A stretch of 64,000 nt of DNA. It comes from Bigelowiella natans CCMP2755 (taxonomy: Eukaryota; Protista; Cercozoa). Shown in pieces: positions 51,501 to 62,839 of this stretch. Each line of letters begins with the position of its first letter. Position 1 is the stretch's first letter. The stretch is taken from contig ADNK01001134.1 in assembly GCA_000320545.1 (NCBI GenBank), positions 1-64,000 on the forward strand, written 5' to 3'. The notes under the pieces are model-generated. The model was not told the origin of the DNA. It saw only the letters and a list, made by a program, of their open reading frames with translations, and did not search any database. Position numbers and translations under genes: made by a program.

Positions 51501-52972
51501 GTCTTGCCGGGGTTCTTCTTCCGTAGCTCGGTAGGTGTAGGTAGCTTGTTGTCCGCTAGGTCCATAAACTCTAACGCATTAACGCTTGACTCAGAGGTCC
51601 ACTCGTCAAGCCGTATCATGTTCTGGCTGATGGTCCTGCCTGACTTCTTTGGCAACTTAGCAAAGTATATCTTGTGATTGTAGAATGATATGATCCCCCC
51701 TAATTTTTCTAGGGCATCCTGTCCGAGGAGTAGTTCCATGGATAAAGTCATGGCTACTCGGGTCTTGATTTGGGTCTCCGCGTCGCTGCCAGGTATCTGT
51801 AGCTTTAGCATTAGCTCACCGACGGTCTTCATGGAAGAGCTTCCGTCTGCTTGAGCATATTTACGTTCTTTCTTAGTCACTTGATCCAATAGTCCTAACC
51901 TTCTTACTGTGCTTAGGCTTATGAAGGACTTCGGCATGCTGCCACTATCCCAAAGGGCAGGTAGTTTCTTGTAGTCTCCGTAGCTGTCTTTAACTTTAAC
52001 CTTGGTCATAGCAACTTTGATAGTCCTGTTAGCGTCTTCGTCATTAATGTTGCATACTCCTAAGTTCTTTATGTCGTCTAGGGTCATGGGCTTGTCTTGG
52101 TCCTGCGTTGCTGGTACTGCTGTCTTCGTCGGCGCCTGCTTAAGGTGATCTAATATTCCGTTTATCTGCTGCTGTATAGCATTGATACTGTTCTGCTTTT
52201 TGTTCTTATATTTATTGTTCTTCCCGTTGTTGCTGCCTTGCCATTTGCTGTTGTTATATCCTTGTCCTCTGCCTTTCTTTCTCTTTAACTTCTCGTAGTG
52301 TTCGTTGAGCTGCCTGATCGTCATCCTGGGTCGTCCTTCTTTCCTGTCTCTGCAGTCTTTAGCGGTGTGTTTCCCTTTACGTGAGCAGTATCCGCAACGT
52401 CGGTTACCTTCCCTGTCCTTGTACCAGTCTCGCTGCGGCTTAATAGCGTTAATGTTTCCTATGCCAGGTACCTTAGGGCTGGTAAACTTGCGGTCCTGCT
52501 CCTGCTCGCGTAGGGATATAGCCTGCACTGCTGCCTCCATCGTGGTGTAGCCTTTCTCCGTAACGTAAGTGGATTCCTTTATCTTTAACTTGAACTCTTC
52601 AAACCTTGCCTGATCATCACCTGTGTTGTAATTAAAATCATGTAGTTCGTCGATCATATCCTGGAAGCGCGTGGCAAAGTCTCTAACAGGTTCTCTCTCA
52701 TGCTGCATCATTGCTCTGTATTTTCTAATAGCCTGGGGTAGGGAGTTAGCATCCTGTTCATTTACAAAAGCCTTCATTATCGCCTCAACGTCTCGTAGCC
52801 CACTAACTGTAGTGTGTATTTTCTCTAGCTGCCTGATCCGGGTCCTGCCTGTCTCGTAAAGGTCCATGGCTTGCTTTATTATAGCTAGCCATTTGAGCTT
52901 GTCGTTTTCGGTGGGGTTAGGTAAAGTCGCAGAGTATACTCCTAGCGTTCTTCCACCACCTCCTTGCCTCAC
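48530..52972 (-). CDS. pol: Gag(C-terminal)-Pol polyprotein: Zn knuckle, protease, RT, RNase H, integrase, Dam-like C-terminal domain
   Basis: CGYCSRKGKHTAKDC, WDSGS, YVDD, WTDWS..TDHKPL, HHCC, QIDV / VDNE / VERLH, SH3-like region, then a 125-aa extension. Confidence 0.95.
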   Translation of the reverse strand: MRQGGGGRTLGVYSATLPNPTENDKLKWLAIIKQAMDLYETGRTRIRQLEKIHTTVSGLRDVEAIMKAFVNEQDANSLPQAIRKYRAMMQHEREPVRDFATRFQDMIDELHDFNYNTGDDQARFEEFKLKIKESTYVTEKGYTTMEAAVQAISLREQEQDRKFTSPKVPGIGNINAIKPQRDWYKDREGNRRCGYCSRKGKHTAKDCRDRKEGRPRMTIRQLNEHYEKLKRKKGRGQGYNNSKWQGSNNGKNNKYKNKKQNSINAIQQQINGILDHLKQAPTKTAVPATQDQDKPMTLDDIKNLGVCNINDEDANRTIKVAMTKVKVKDSYGDYKKLPALWDSGSMPKSFISLSTVRRLGLLDQVTKKERKYAQADGSSSMKTVGELMLKLQIPGSDAETQIKTRVAMTLSMELLLGQDALEKLGGIISFYNHKIYFAKLPKKSGRTISQNMIRLDEWTSESSVNALEFMDLADNKLPTPTELRKKNPGKTIRQITELLDKTPPADDWDIDKGKKYINKILNEKYSDITKPTTKPSSKLTPVKIELKKGYEECIINDPEHRRPEADWEKIEWQINEWAKEGKIEPSNSPWNVRHVLAKKPTYPFFRLAHNFIRHNRVIKRIQTPTPRIDDVIEHVIGYKYYSSLDKNESYMQTPIHKTSRPITAFSSRHRKWHFVVFPYGLSISGDAFSSQNYRAYTHDGMASVLWVFVFVYVDDDIICTNTVVAQIFLLENIFIRFAHFGFTIRLQKCTFLATRIKWCGYYLEQGRITPNPEKVAALQQAPKPKNAKELKSFLQTAAWILRRFSPTYARTAAAFTTAYRKENSVGLSFAKVWAKAGLDAHFDNLIKLCSNTLLNAKLDTTRPATLWTDWSKLGMAAVLTQDQQIIRVWGRACTAAEAKYSPTKGEYKAMTEAQRKLRYYLLSVPSFTLMTDHKPLLGIDRKLEAPNDEYAAMRADTEEFRDKRTVVYAPGDKQLADYFSRLFEKKVPTQVTPMVNAITFEDGDFLPEPEELQHLQEHLDKYKHKHEVLSDRIYVYTNNVRRTYVPRRTRGALLFTAHGPAHVGENHITALLYHYYWPYKLKEIRTYLRGCRCSSLKAAGVATKESSKSRASKKIKARNFLDIVQIDVYKYDGYHYLTFVDVATGKCWVKKIIKVNVAKKNKGLYKQRLTNCYRTWESELQAIPDEVSINKIPKKLHVDNETSLLQLPHPNIDASPVYYAQSNSKVERLHRTLANLSRINSTTPDKIQGLVNDTFTSGGGIKDKEREEGDDNDDDTESEDEKVPYDGRVLKEGQYVRAKVNLRSRNKQDPFWGGVAKVTERKGRKQYYIYDGNRVTLRHISHLKNYDIGEKLLEDVKVNPTVWERAMPCLGPRPKFDVEYGNNKVRVNDDWRMKIVYLGYPGLRNMERVAMKIKDGKYQLLYLAVPDLPFEHWYKVLGDLDAEGWYGHEPKDEGEFWVSDKGDKVREESITWWLVKFRKR

Positions 52973-53501
52973 CTCTTTTCCCGTTGTATTTCGTTATCAT
53001 AACCGGTGCTGTTTTAACAGACATGAACTGGGTGTTCCGCTGTACCGGCTGCTGCTGCTTGACGGTGCTCTGGGTCGTCCCCCGCGAGGCGCCCAGACCC
53101 CCGTCGTTCCTAAACAAAGCTGCCCACTCTGGAGGTAAGTCTGCTTCGTAATCCATGATGTCCTGCATGATAGCTGCCCAAACATCATGTGTCTGATACT
53201 TGTATTCTATCGATACTTTCAGTTTGGCGTAGTTGCTCGCCCTGGGTCGCAAGGCTCGTAATGCCATTACGACCTTCTTGCTTTCGGCGGCCACGTCCTC
53301 GTCGTCCGCCTCGTAGAAGTTCTCCAGTGCCTCTGCTGCTGCATCTGCTTTCTTAATCCCGGGTGCTGGTCCCGGCGGTGCCTGTGGAGGTGTTCCTCCT
53401 CCTTCCTTAGCGTCCGTATCGCCCTTCCTTTCCTGTTTCTGCTCGTGCCCTTGCACGGCCTGCGAGCCAAAGTCCTGCTGTTCTTCTAGCTGCTGTGACA
53501 T
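52917..53501 (-). CDS. gag: Gag N-terminal ORF (194 aa), overlapped by the main ORF in the +1 frame
   Basis: ATG 40 nt inside the 5' LTR boundary; ends with Gag-like KYNGKRGEARRWWK and then stops. Confidence 0.78.
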   Translation of the reverse strand: MSQQLEEQQDFGSQAVQGHEQKQERKGDTDAKEGGGTPPQAPPGPAPGIKKADAAAEALENFYEADDEDVAAESKKVVMALRALRPRASNYAKLKVSIEYKYQTHDVWAAIMQDIMDYEADLPPEWAALFRNDGGLGASRGTTQSTVKQQQPVQRNTQFMSVKTAPVMITKYNGKRGEARRWWKNARSILCDFT

Positions 53502-53540
53502 TGTTAGTCAAATCGTTTCCCGTGTGTGGAAGCCAAAGGT

Positions 53541-53866
53541 TGTTGCGCGTAAGGTGTTCACAGGCCGAGGCGCTACGTGCACAAGTAGGCAGGGGGGGGG
53601 AAAGGCACGTTTGCTTCCTTTTGAAGAGTTGTGTTTATTTTTATTAAAGATTATATTTTTATTAAATCGTGCACTGCGTAATCATTCGCGAAGCTTTCGC
53701 GAATGCCGCCGCACGTGGGGCAGCACACTTCCGGTGTGCTGCCATGAGTCCCGCCGGAACCCACGTGCCTATGCTGTATTAATATCTACGTTATCTATAT
53801 TCTATATCCGCGACAACCCCTTTGTTGTCGCACGTGACTTGTGCCCGCGTAGTGGTACGCGCTACA
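53541..53866 (-). repeat. 5' LTR
   Basis: Identical to 48153-48478; followed by the PBS-like sequence. Confidence 0.97.
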
Positions 53867-54560
53867 TCCACATGATCTAGATGATGTCCATGTCTCAAAA
53901 TGCTAGAATGGCATGAATGCGGTGTGCGATGTGCGCGTGCGGGCCGCGACACATTGCTCGATTGAGCTAACGAGATGCACGTGTTTGGATGCAAGCGTGG
54001 AAATAGCGGCCCGCCCAGCTAGCCAGCTTCGCATCGCTGCATTCTGCGAACTGTGCATGAGCTAGACGAGGTTCAGCTAGAGCTCCACCAGGCGTGCTCC
54101 ATGGGTGCTGTGCATGCGCAGCGGGGATCGAAGCTTGTTGGTCATGCAATTAATGGAAATGCGATGCATTACCGTTTGTACGTGCAATGATGCATGTCTC
54201 AATTGTATGGCTTGCAGTTTTCTATATTTCATGCAGACTAGCCTACTACACATGGCAAACAAGCTCCTATTAGCTGAGCTAGCAATGCGCACATCTAGCT
54301 AGACACACCTCAGCTACGTGTGTGATACAGTGGTTGGCCAACCTGCTTTCCCTTAAACCGCGCGTCACCGCTCTCATGCTACGCGGATTTGCATCTATGG
54401 CTTAGTGGATGATCTGGATGCTCGGGAAGCTAGAAGAAGTATTAAGTGTGACTTCAATTCGTTTCGAGTGCTTAACCCATTGCCTGCTGCGTGTAGACTA
54501 ACGCACGAATTGCAACGAAAAATTACGAGCCTTGGCCATGTCAACGTATGCCTGCGCAAT
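53867..54560. other. TpA-depleted, CTAG/CATG-rich domain interrupted by the Gypsy insertion
   Basis: Few TA, mostly CTAG/CTA/TAG; the left flank at about 47960-48152 is similarly TA-poor. Confidence 0.7.
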
Positions 54561-54649
54561 GGTAGTGAAGAAGAACAGAAGAAAGAGGAAATATATATAA
54601 TTAAAGATCAAGCAAAAGTAAACTTAGAGGTCTGCTGCATTTCTGAAAG

Positions 54650-55226
54650 ATTGTTGAACAATTTGGTGTCGGCTTATTGAATTGTGTAATCATGGCAAAT
54701 GGCCAAAATCTTTGCGAGAAGCAGCTGCATTGAATGCTGATAAGTATATGAACCATAATGTGCTTTACCTCGGGGATGTAATCAAAGTACATCGCATATT
54801 GGTGGAACAATCCGGACCTTTAATAAACCAAACCACATCATAATGAACGACTGCTTATCAAAACCACCGGAATCTGCAATGTTCTCTCTTATTTGTTTTT
54901 AATTAGAATAAATTGATTTGTATCTTAAACCTTTGTGCGTAGGTATTCCTGACACCTAGCTTCTGGAGCTCGTTCCACGTATACACTGTCGCCATACCTT
55001 TCACGGGTAAATAATATCAATGCACGAGACAGCCAAAATGATGATGCTGAAGAAGAAGAAGATGAAGCAGATGATGAAGTTGACAGCTTCTAATTCTAAT
55101 GACAGATCTCATTATCACCCCCATCACTGCAATGACTCATAACAGATCTCACTATCACCACCATCATTGCAATGACCTGGGAACTCAGACTTTTCCCACA
55201 GCATTGCAACTGGGCCAAGCTGTAAT

Positions 55227-55264
<38 letters not shown>

Positions 55265-55604
55265 CGTTTCAGAAGAAGCTAATATCAGCTGCCTCATCTC
55301 TACCCTATAAACGCCCTTACTTAGCGCTCAACCAAAACAAACAATGGGCTCACTAAACAACCCACCGCTATGAAATCATGGTTGTAGGGCGATATCAAGC
55401 TCAGATGGTGTTGACGCTGCATCATGGTGATGCCGCTGTCTCCTTCCTCGTCCCCCTCCTCATCGCCCTCGTTTCTTCCCAAATCTCCTGCTTTCTCTGT
55501 TCGGGTGCTCCGCTCCGCCGCAGCTAGAGATATGTTTGCGTAGAAAGAGAGGTCTTGAGCGCTTGGAGAGGCATGCAGCTCAATGTCGTGGTTTCCTTCC
55601 TAAT

Positions 55605-55640
<36 letters not shown>

Positions 55641-57660
55641 CAGGAGAATGGACGATGGGGGATGGATCGACCGGGGCATGAAACACTGAAATTGAGAGAA
55701 TCATTCACATCGTCGTCAAAGCAACTATGATTGCCTTAAGGAGCGAGGACGCTACTACTCAATGAGGTTGATTGGTTGTGATCATGCATGGGGAGCGTCT
55801 ACTTATATATAAATCTATATAATATTTCTAAACCTGAGGAAAGGCATCTGTGAGATCTAAGATAGGGCTCACAAGAACAGTAGCAGCCGGCATGTAGACA
55901 CCTCGGCTACATATCATATACGACGAAAAACAAAAACAAAAAAATCAAAAAATCAAGAAGAAAATCAAGAAAGGGGCGAGAACAGCCATAGCCTATAACA
56001 GAAGCAGCAGCAGCATCAACAACAACAACAACAATAGCACTACTACTACTACTACTACTACTACTATACATCGACTGCTACGAATACAGAATTCCTACTT
56101 ACTTCCGAAGGCGGAGGAGAGATGAAAAGGCCACGTTCCCTCCCAATCCGCTGCCAAAGAAAACAACCTTTTTGGGTTGCTCGAGGAAGAATTTCGCTCT
56201 GAACACCTTCACGAAGTCTTGGTAGCTTGACTATTTTACGACGACGACGCGCAATAGAAATGCATTTAGCAAGAAAGTAATAATTAGGATATATGTGCTG
56301 CTACTGGTACAACATGAGGATAATGTGAGTAAAGGAACATCGACGACGAGGCGGACAGGTAGTATGATGATGAAAATTATGAAAAAGCAGGAATGAACCC
56401 TCTACTCGTAACGAGAATGAATATGTTTGTATTATCAATAGCTGTATTGCTCGCAGGTATTATATAGCCGCCGACTTGGACGTTGCTTATCGCTTTCAAA
56501 ACGACAAACGAAGGCTTTTATATTACTGTGATTGGGTGGAGGGGAGGCTGGCGAAAGTGCACGGCTAGCACTCGCATTTTCCAAAAATGTGCCAAGGCGC
56601 AGGGTACGGAGAGACGATGCGACTCCAACCTCTCAGAAAAGCTACTGCTACCACCTGATATTAATTCGGAAAAACGTTCAAAAATTAAAAGAAGGCTATG
56701 GCCGAATGATGGCAAAGTAGATCGATAGTGAGAGAGAAATTAGGAGAGGATTGTAGAAATAAATGCAAAATCAACAAGTAGGAGGACTGTGACATGGAAC
56801 GAATGATAGGTGTATAGAAAAATATTTAATTATTTCCAAAAACATTCTACCATCTTCTACGAAGCCCCCTCCGTGTGCGTACATTAGGGTTGGCGACTCA
56901 GTGTCGTTCTTGGTAGTATTCGGCAACCGTAGTTATTAATAAGAAATCATACACATTTATCAGTTGAGCGGTAACCGTTTGCAATGTTTATCTGATGCGA
57001 CTGTGTATGCGTATGTTTGTGTGTGTGTGTGTGTGTGTGTCTAATCAGCGATCTTCCGTTTGCAAAAGCATCCAAGGGGATTAGCAATGCTAGAATCTGC
57101 TGTACAGAAACAATTCGATAGAGTGATGATCATAGCATCATCTTCTCTCACTGATGCATATCAACGCACCTGGTTTTTGCCACCACCACCTGTAGTAGCT
57201 GTGACCCATGTTACATCGACTCCTTCAATGACACTCGCAACTGCCTCGCAGGTATATCCACTCGTAGGTTTATTGGGATGAGTACCATCGCTCTCAGAAC
57301 GTGACTGCTGCTGCTGGGGAGGGGGGGAAGAGGAAGAGTACACGTTGTACTTCCCAAATGTTTGAGTAAGCGCGCGTTGTTGTTGACGATCGAGATGTTG
57401 TCCCCCCTCCTCGTGCACAGTTGCTGCTGCAGAGACGCCCTCCATTGTTTTAGGAGTCAACCCAGAGAAGATTCCATATCGAATCCCCATTTTTATCACC
57501 GCTGCCTCCGGAGATATTTCTAAAGTAAGAAGGCGGAGTGCAGAGATTTAGCTCATTGTTATTCTATTACTCGGGATTGTGTACACTTGTACGACGTTTA
57601 CCTTGGCCGAGAAACGGAAACACGCGGAATACAGTCGACCCAATCCGCACATATGCGCGC
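54650..57660 (-). CDS. HSL-family alpha/beta hydrolase-like protein, likely catalytically dead; both ends approximate
   Basis: LMYAHGGGFV, VLAVHFRQPP, VVFFGSGLGGNVA, PAATVLVSPILDL, ISPY, GLFHQY..YIPE in successive exons. Confidence 0.72.
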
Positions 57661-58260
57661 ATTTGCTGGGCCTCAGGCAGTAGAACGGCGTATATGATAG
57701 CGAGGAGTGCTACACATGCTGCAGGGACCCAGGTTACGAACTAGAAAGCAAGATCGGGAACAGCAGCACATTAGAGTGTGTTAGGCGACGATCACGTTAG
57801 GGCGACGATGACGACGATGACGACGTGCTTGTATCTACATTCACCTTCATGATTTCCAATGTATGGATGCACGAGGAGGGAATAGTTTCGTCAATGCGAA
57901 AGAGAGACAGGGAATCCCCCCCCACAAAGTAATCTGATGTTGTACAGTTCCTTTCTTAGACGGAGGAGGCGGAGTCCCCTTCCCTCTGCCGACGGGCCGA
58001 TTTGACGTAGATGTTGGTACAAGTTCATTCACACATATCGTTTTCTCCCTGCGACAATGCATTTTCCTTGTCGCCAATACCAAGAGTCATGGAGGATGTC
58101 GCAATCGCAAAATACCCTGTGAATTTTGTCCTGCGATAATCTGAAGCATCTGTCGCGACTGAGGTGAAAGTGAAACTAACGCAGCTATCAGCGATCAGCA
58201 GCGTCGACTGGAATTATCCGCCTCCACCACGGATCACGATCACGATAGGGAATCCTCGCT

Positions 58261-59785
58261 ATGATTAGCGATGACGGTATCAGCGCTTACGAGCGCCAGC
58301 GGCTGGAGAACATACGCCGGAATGAAGACATGCTCAGAAAGTAAGTCTCTTGCCACGATCATTCTTGAGACGGCATAGGAAGCCAGAACGCCCCTGATTG
58401 GACGCCGTTTGACGATAATGTATCTCCAGATTGGGCCTTCATGTTGAGTCGTTTTCCACGGCTGTGGCTGGCTATAACCGAGGAGGGCATCCAACATCGG
58501 GGAAGTCATCTTCTAGACCGCAAAAGAAGAAGACCTCTAAGAAGGTAACAGAAAGTAGATCATATTGCAAATTTCGGTGGCATTAGAAGATCAACCATTC
58601 TTTACTGCATCTCTCTCTCTCCCTCTCTCTCTTTGAAATCGCATATGCGCCACGTTATACCTTACCCTCGGCAGAGAGGAGGAGGAGCATATCTCAAACA
58701 ACCACAAGATAGATCAAAGATAGGAGGTAAATGACACTCATCCGGTGACATGCTGTTTCCGCTGCATGATGACTCTTGGCCAGAACAACACACCAATACG
58801 ATATAATTCTGTGGATTGTAGTGAATCTTGTTGTTGGCTGGCGTGAATTAGGGAGCCGGAGATCCTTGAGGCTTTTGGGAATAAAAGCAAAGCCTCAGGT
58901 GGTGTTTAGATTGTTAGCAGTCATTGTTAATTCAGACAAACACGACGATATACAAACACCGAGTATGTACAGAAAATTGAGAGAATACAGAGAATTAAGG
59001 GCGATATGGTCGAATTATGTCACACACGAATGTAGATTATTACTTCTCGACGATCATGCTCTCTGTTTTAATCCCCCCCCCCCAAAAAAAGAGTGAGGCG
59101 GACGTTGCTTTGTTGGACTCTCTCGATGAGGAAGTAGATGAAGACGGAAGCAACCATAGCAAGAAAAGATATCGCCCGCAACAACAACAACAACATTATT
59201 CTCACTTGAATAAAAAGAAGAAAACCACCAAGGAACCTAAACCAAGGCCACCCCCAGCCAAAGATTCATCAAGGTAAAAGCAAACCACGTGTAACGATAA
59301 CGATGCAGCTGAACATAATCAACACTGGAAAAAACGCAAGAAGAAGAACAATAATCATAATCATGGTAGCATGACGATGTTCATATTTTTGTTGGAGCAG
59401 CAAGTAAGTTTGCTACCAACACACCAAGTGTGCCAAGGAGAGTCTCAAATCGAGGAATCCTCAATGCTTATTGATGTTGTCCTTTTCGTCGTTGCACAGG
59501 GCCCTTGACGTGGATTTAGATAATTTACAGCAGAACTACCTTGGAAAACCGGTAGTAGCATGATTGCCCTGACATGTGAGATGGTGATGGTGTTAGTAAA
59601 GAAGATGTGCCAACCGCGCCACCATCATTATCTCATTACAACCCACTGTGTGGATCAGTGCGGTAGGCTAAAGCGCGAGGTAGTGTCTGTTTTGCATCCT
59701 CAGAGTATGCACGTCAGATTCTCCAAATACTCCGGCATTTTAGGTGCTGCTGGTTCCCTGCCCTCACTGTAACTTGGCGATGATA

Positions 59786-59817
<32 letters not shown>

Positions 59818-59983
59818 AGTGAATGATTACGGTGGTGGTGATGAGGATAATGGTCGCGTGTGCTTGGAATAAGCTGATTGTTCTTCGCTGAGCGGATATG
59901 GTCAAAGTTGTTGCTTGATTGAGGACTCATTGATCGAAACTACTTACTGAGTTGACTGGTTTTTTTTGCTTTTCTCCCCCGCC

Positions 59984-60034
<51 letters not shown>

Positions 60035-61448
60035 CTTTCGGTCTTCCCTGCATACTTGCATCAACATGTCGTTATTGTGGCGGCTCCTTGTTGATTCGTG
60101 TCGATGTATGATGGGTCCAGAATGGAAGAATGCCATAGTGCTATGGGTCATACTACTAACGCTCTTTTGCCTTCCTCACTTCACTCATTAGATTCATAGA
60201 TTACTAATGCTAATGTTAATGATGATGATGATAATGATGATGATGATGATATCGATGGTGATGATCTCGATGGTGGTGGAGGTGATGCATATTTTATCTT
60301 TTGCCATCATGTTAATAAATGCACATATCATCCTCCCTTACAGGTCAATATATACGGGGATAGTTACAAAAATCTCTTCTTGGAGAATGTGCGTCAATGA
60401 TGATAATGACAATAACGATGACGACGACGGCGATGATGATGATGATGATGATTCAATGTATTTTTACATCATATGAAGACAACTCATCAGACACGTTCTC
60501 AGTTACACATATGATATGCATTTATCACGTATTTATAGCAATGCTAATGAGCGCCACCACACTGTGTATTCATTGCTACGGCTGTTCGAATTAAAGCAGC
60601 ATCATCATCGTGATCGGTTTTCCCTACCACAATGGTGATGATAATAACAACAATAATAATATTATAAACCTGCATCAGGGGCGACAGCTCACGTGGTTCG
60701 GACAATCGAGACAGACAGAAGAAACACCCGTGAGTCGTACAAGAGAGAGGAAAGAGGGGGGGGGGGTTATAAAAAGGAAGAAAAAGAAGAGAGAGGGCGA
60801 AAGAGCAAAGGTGAATGGTTGGATTTTCAATTGAGTAGATTGAGTAGTAATGTTGGTAGAAGGATATGGTGATGTTGATGTAGTAGACAATTCCCTTCTT
60901 TTGAATGTTCCTTCTAATGCTCCTACCACTGTAACTCCTTTCAATTTTTAGTCACATTCATTCATCGTTGTCTTTGTTATTCCATGCTGATGTATCCTTT
61001 CTCCTTCTTCTCCTTCTCCTTCTTCTTTTCCTCCTTCTTCCTTTCCTCCTTCTTCTTCTTCTTCTTCTTCTTCTTCTTCTTTTTGTCGTTTATTTTTATT
61101 TTTCTCCTTTCCTCCTCCTCATCCATCTGATCTTCTGCTTCTTCTATGCAACCACCACCTCATCAAACCTTAGGTAATTCGTAAGATGATTCCCTCAACC
61201 CCCCCTTCGTTGGATGAAGGAAGCTGTCGCACTAAAGTAGCGAAGGAGGAGGGAAAACAAGAAGGAGGGAAGATGTTACCAGTGTTACTACTCTGCCGAC
61301 TGGAGGGGGGAGACTATATCTATTGCGGACGTTTGAAGTACTAGCTACTAGACGCATAATATTAGAATATAATTCAAGTCATAATCGCGCTACGAATGTA
61401 GCGTATTGTCAACAGCACGTCCTTTCGCCGAATTACGTCGCATTAGTT

Positions 61449-61483
<35 letters not shown>

Positions 61484-61989
61484 TATCACTGTTATTGTTG
61501 TAATTGTTGTTATTGTTATCATCCACCACACGGTCTTCTTTGTGTATCACTACATCGTATCGTGCTCGTACAAACATAACAATAACGCCATCAAGGAGGA
61601 GGAGGAGGAGGAGGAGGGGGGGGGAGAGGAGGAAGAGCAAGTAATTGAAGAAACGATGATCGGTATGTGGTTTCGATGATTCTCACAGGTATCTTGCTCA
61701 TGATCCAACCAAGCTGCCGCTGCGTTTCGTGTGGGAACTTGCCTCCCACCAGCAGCTGACTAAAAAGAACAAGAAAGGGGGGGGGGGGAGGAAAAAGAAC
61801 AAGATTAAGAGAGGTGATGGAGCGTGCAACCATGATGATCTTTCACCGCATCGTTCAAATATGTGTTTTAATGAATCAATCAACGAGTGAATAAATGATG
61901 AGATATATACACCGAATCATCTGTCTGACCCATGTACAAGGGGATAATGACGATACTTATATATACATATATGTAATATAATATATGTG

Positions 61990-62033
<44 letters not shown>

Positions 62034-62044
62034 GACATTTATGT

Positions 62045-62081
<37 letters not shown>

Positions 62082-62233
62082 CGTGTGTGTTTATGTGAGC
62101 AGAAAAAGGAAATGATGATACCGATGATGATGATGATGATGATACCGGCACTTCTGGAGATGACTACTTCATGGGTCTTGTGAGAGAGTCAGAAGCGATC
62201 GCTGGCAGTCTCTATTCTAAGAACGTGCAGTAA
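58261..62233 (+). CDS. Putative nuclear protein with an N-terminal YE..R..NI..N..L..LGL helix and a C-terminal DUF3427/SRA-like domain
   Basis: SAYERQRLENIRRNEDMLRKLGL, RRSLRL; spliced FSKYSGILEWKNAIVLWVNIYGDSYKNLFLENGRQLTWFGQS...VLLLCRLEGGDYIYCGRL..PLRFVWEL. Confidence 0.68.
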
Positions 62234-62839
62234 TATCACGATGTCGCATTTACGAGTGAGAATATTTCGATTATGTTAAGTCCAATAATCTATCCTCATT
62301 GAATGATGTCGAGGGTTGTCCGGCCATGTAATTTGTATCACAAATATATGCGGATTGCCCTTCAAGTAGAAATTGTAGTAATGCTTTCTGTGACAAACCA
62401 CAGTGCACGACACGTCTAGACATGACCACAGCACCACCATGCTATCTGCTAATAACAGATGGTGAGCATGAAATTGCAGCATTGAATGAACAAAATGCCA
62501 AATTGACAGCTATGCAAGCGGTTGCGTCTGTGACTGAAGCATCTGTCGTTTTTATTTGCTATTTCCCCAACCCATCCTCCATGTAGAATAGCCATATAAT
62601 CATACTTCATATATTCACTAACCTACTAATAAATTATACTACTCCTTTTCATATATTTTATCGTCCTAGGGCAATTTAAGGACTAAAAGCCGTCGTAACA
62701 GCTTTATTTAGACTTTATTTATTATATAATAATTGCTGTTAGTATTCTTATTTCCCCATTTGCGTTTCTTCGCAAATCTTACTTATCGTTTTTCAGAATA
62801 CATTACTCGCACTTCACATATCTTATAATGTGAGATATC

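Larger units (their letters stand above)
48153..53866 (-). mobile_element. Complete, very young Ty3/Gypsy LTR retrotransposon
   Basis: Identical 326-bp LTRs (TGTAGCGCG...CGCGCAACA), 4-bp TSD TCCA at 48149-48152 and 53867-53870, PPT at about 48479-48489, PBS-like TGGCTTCC at about 53521-53535. Confidence 0.97.
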
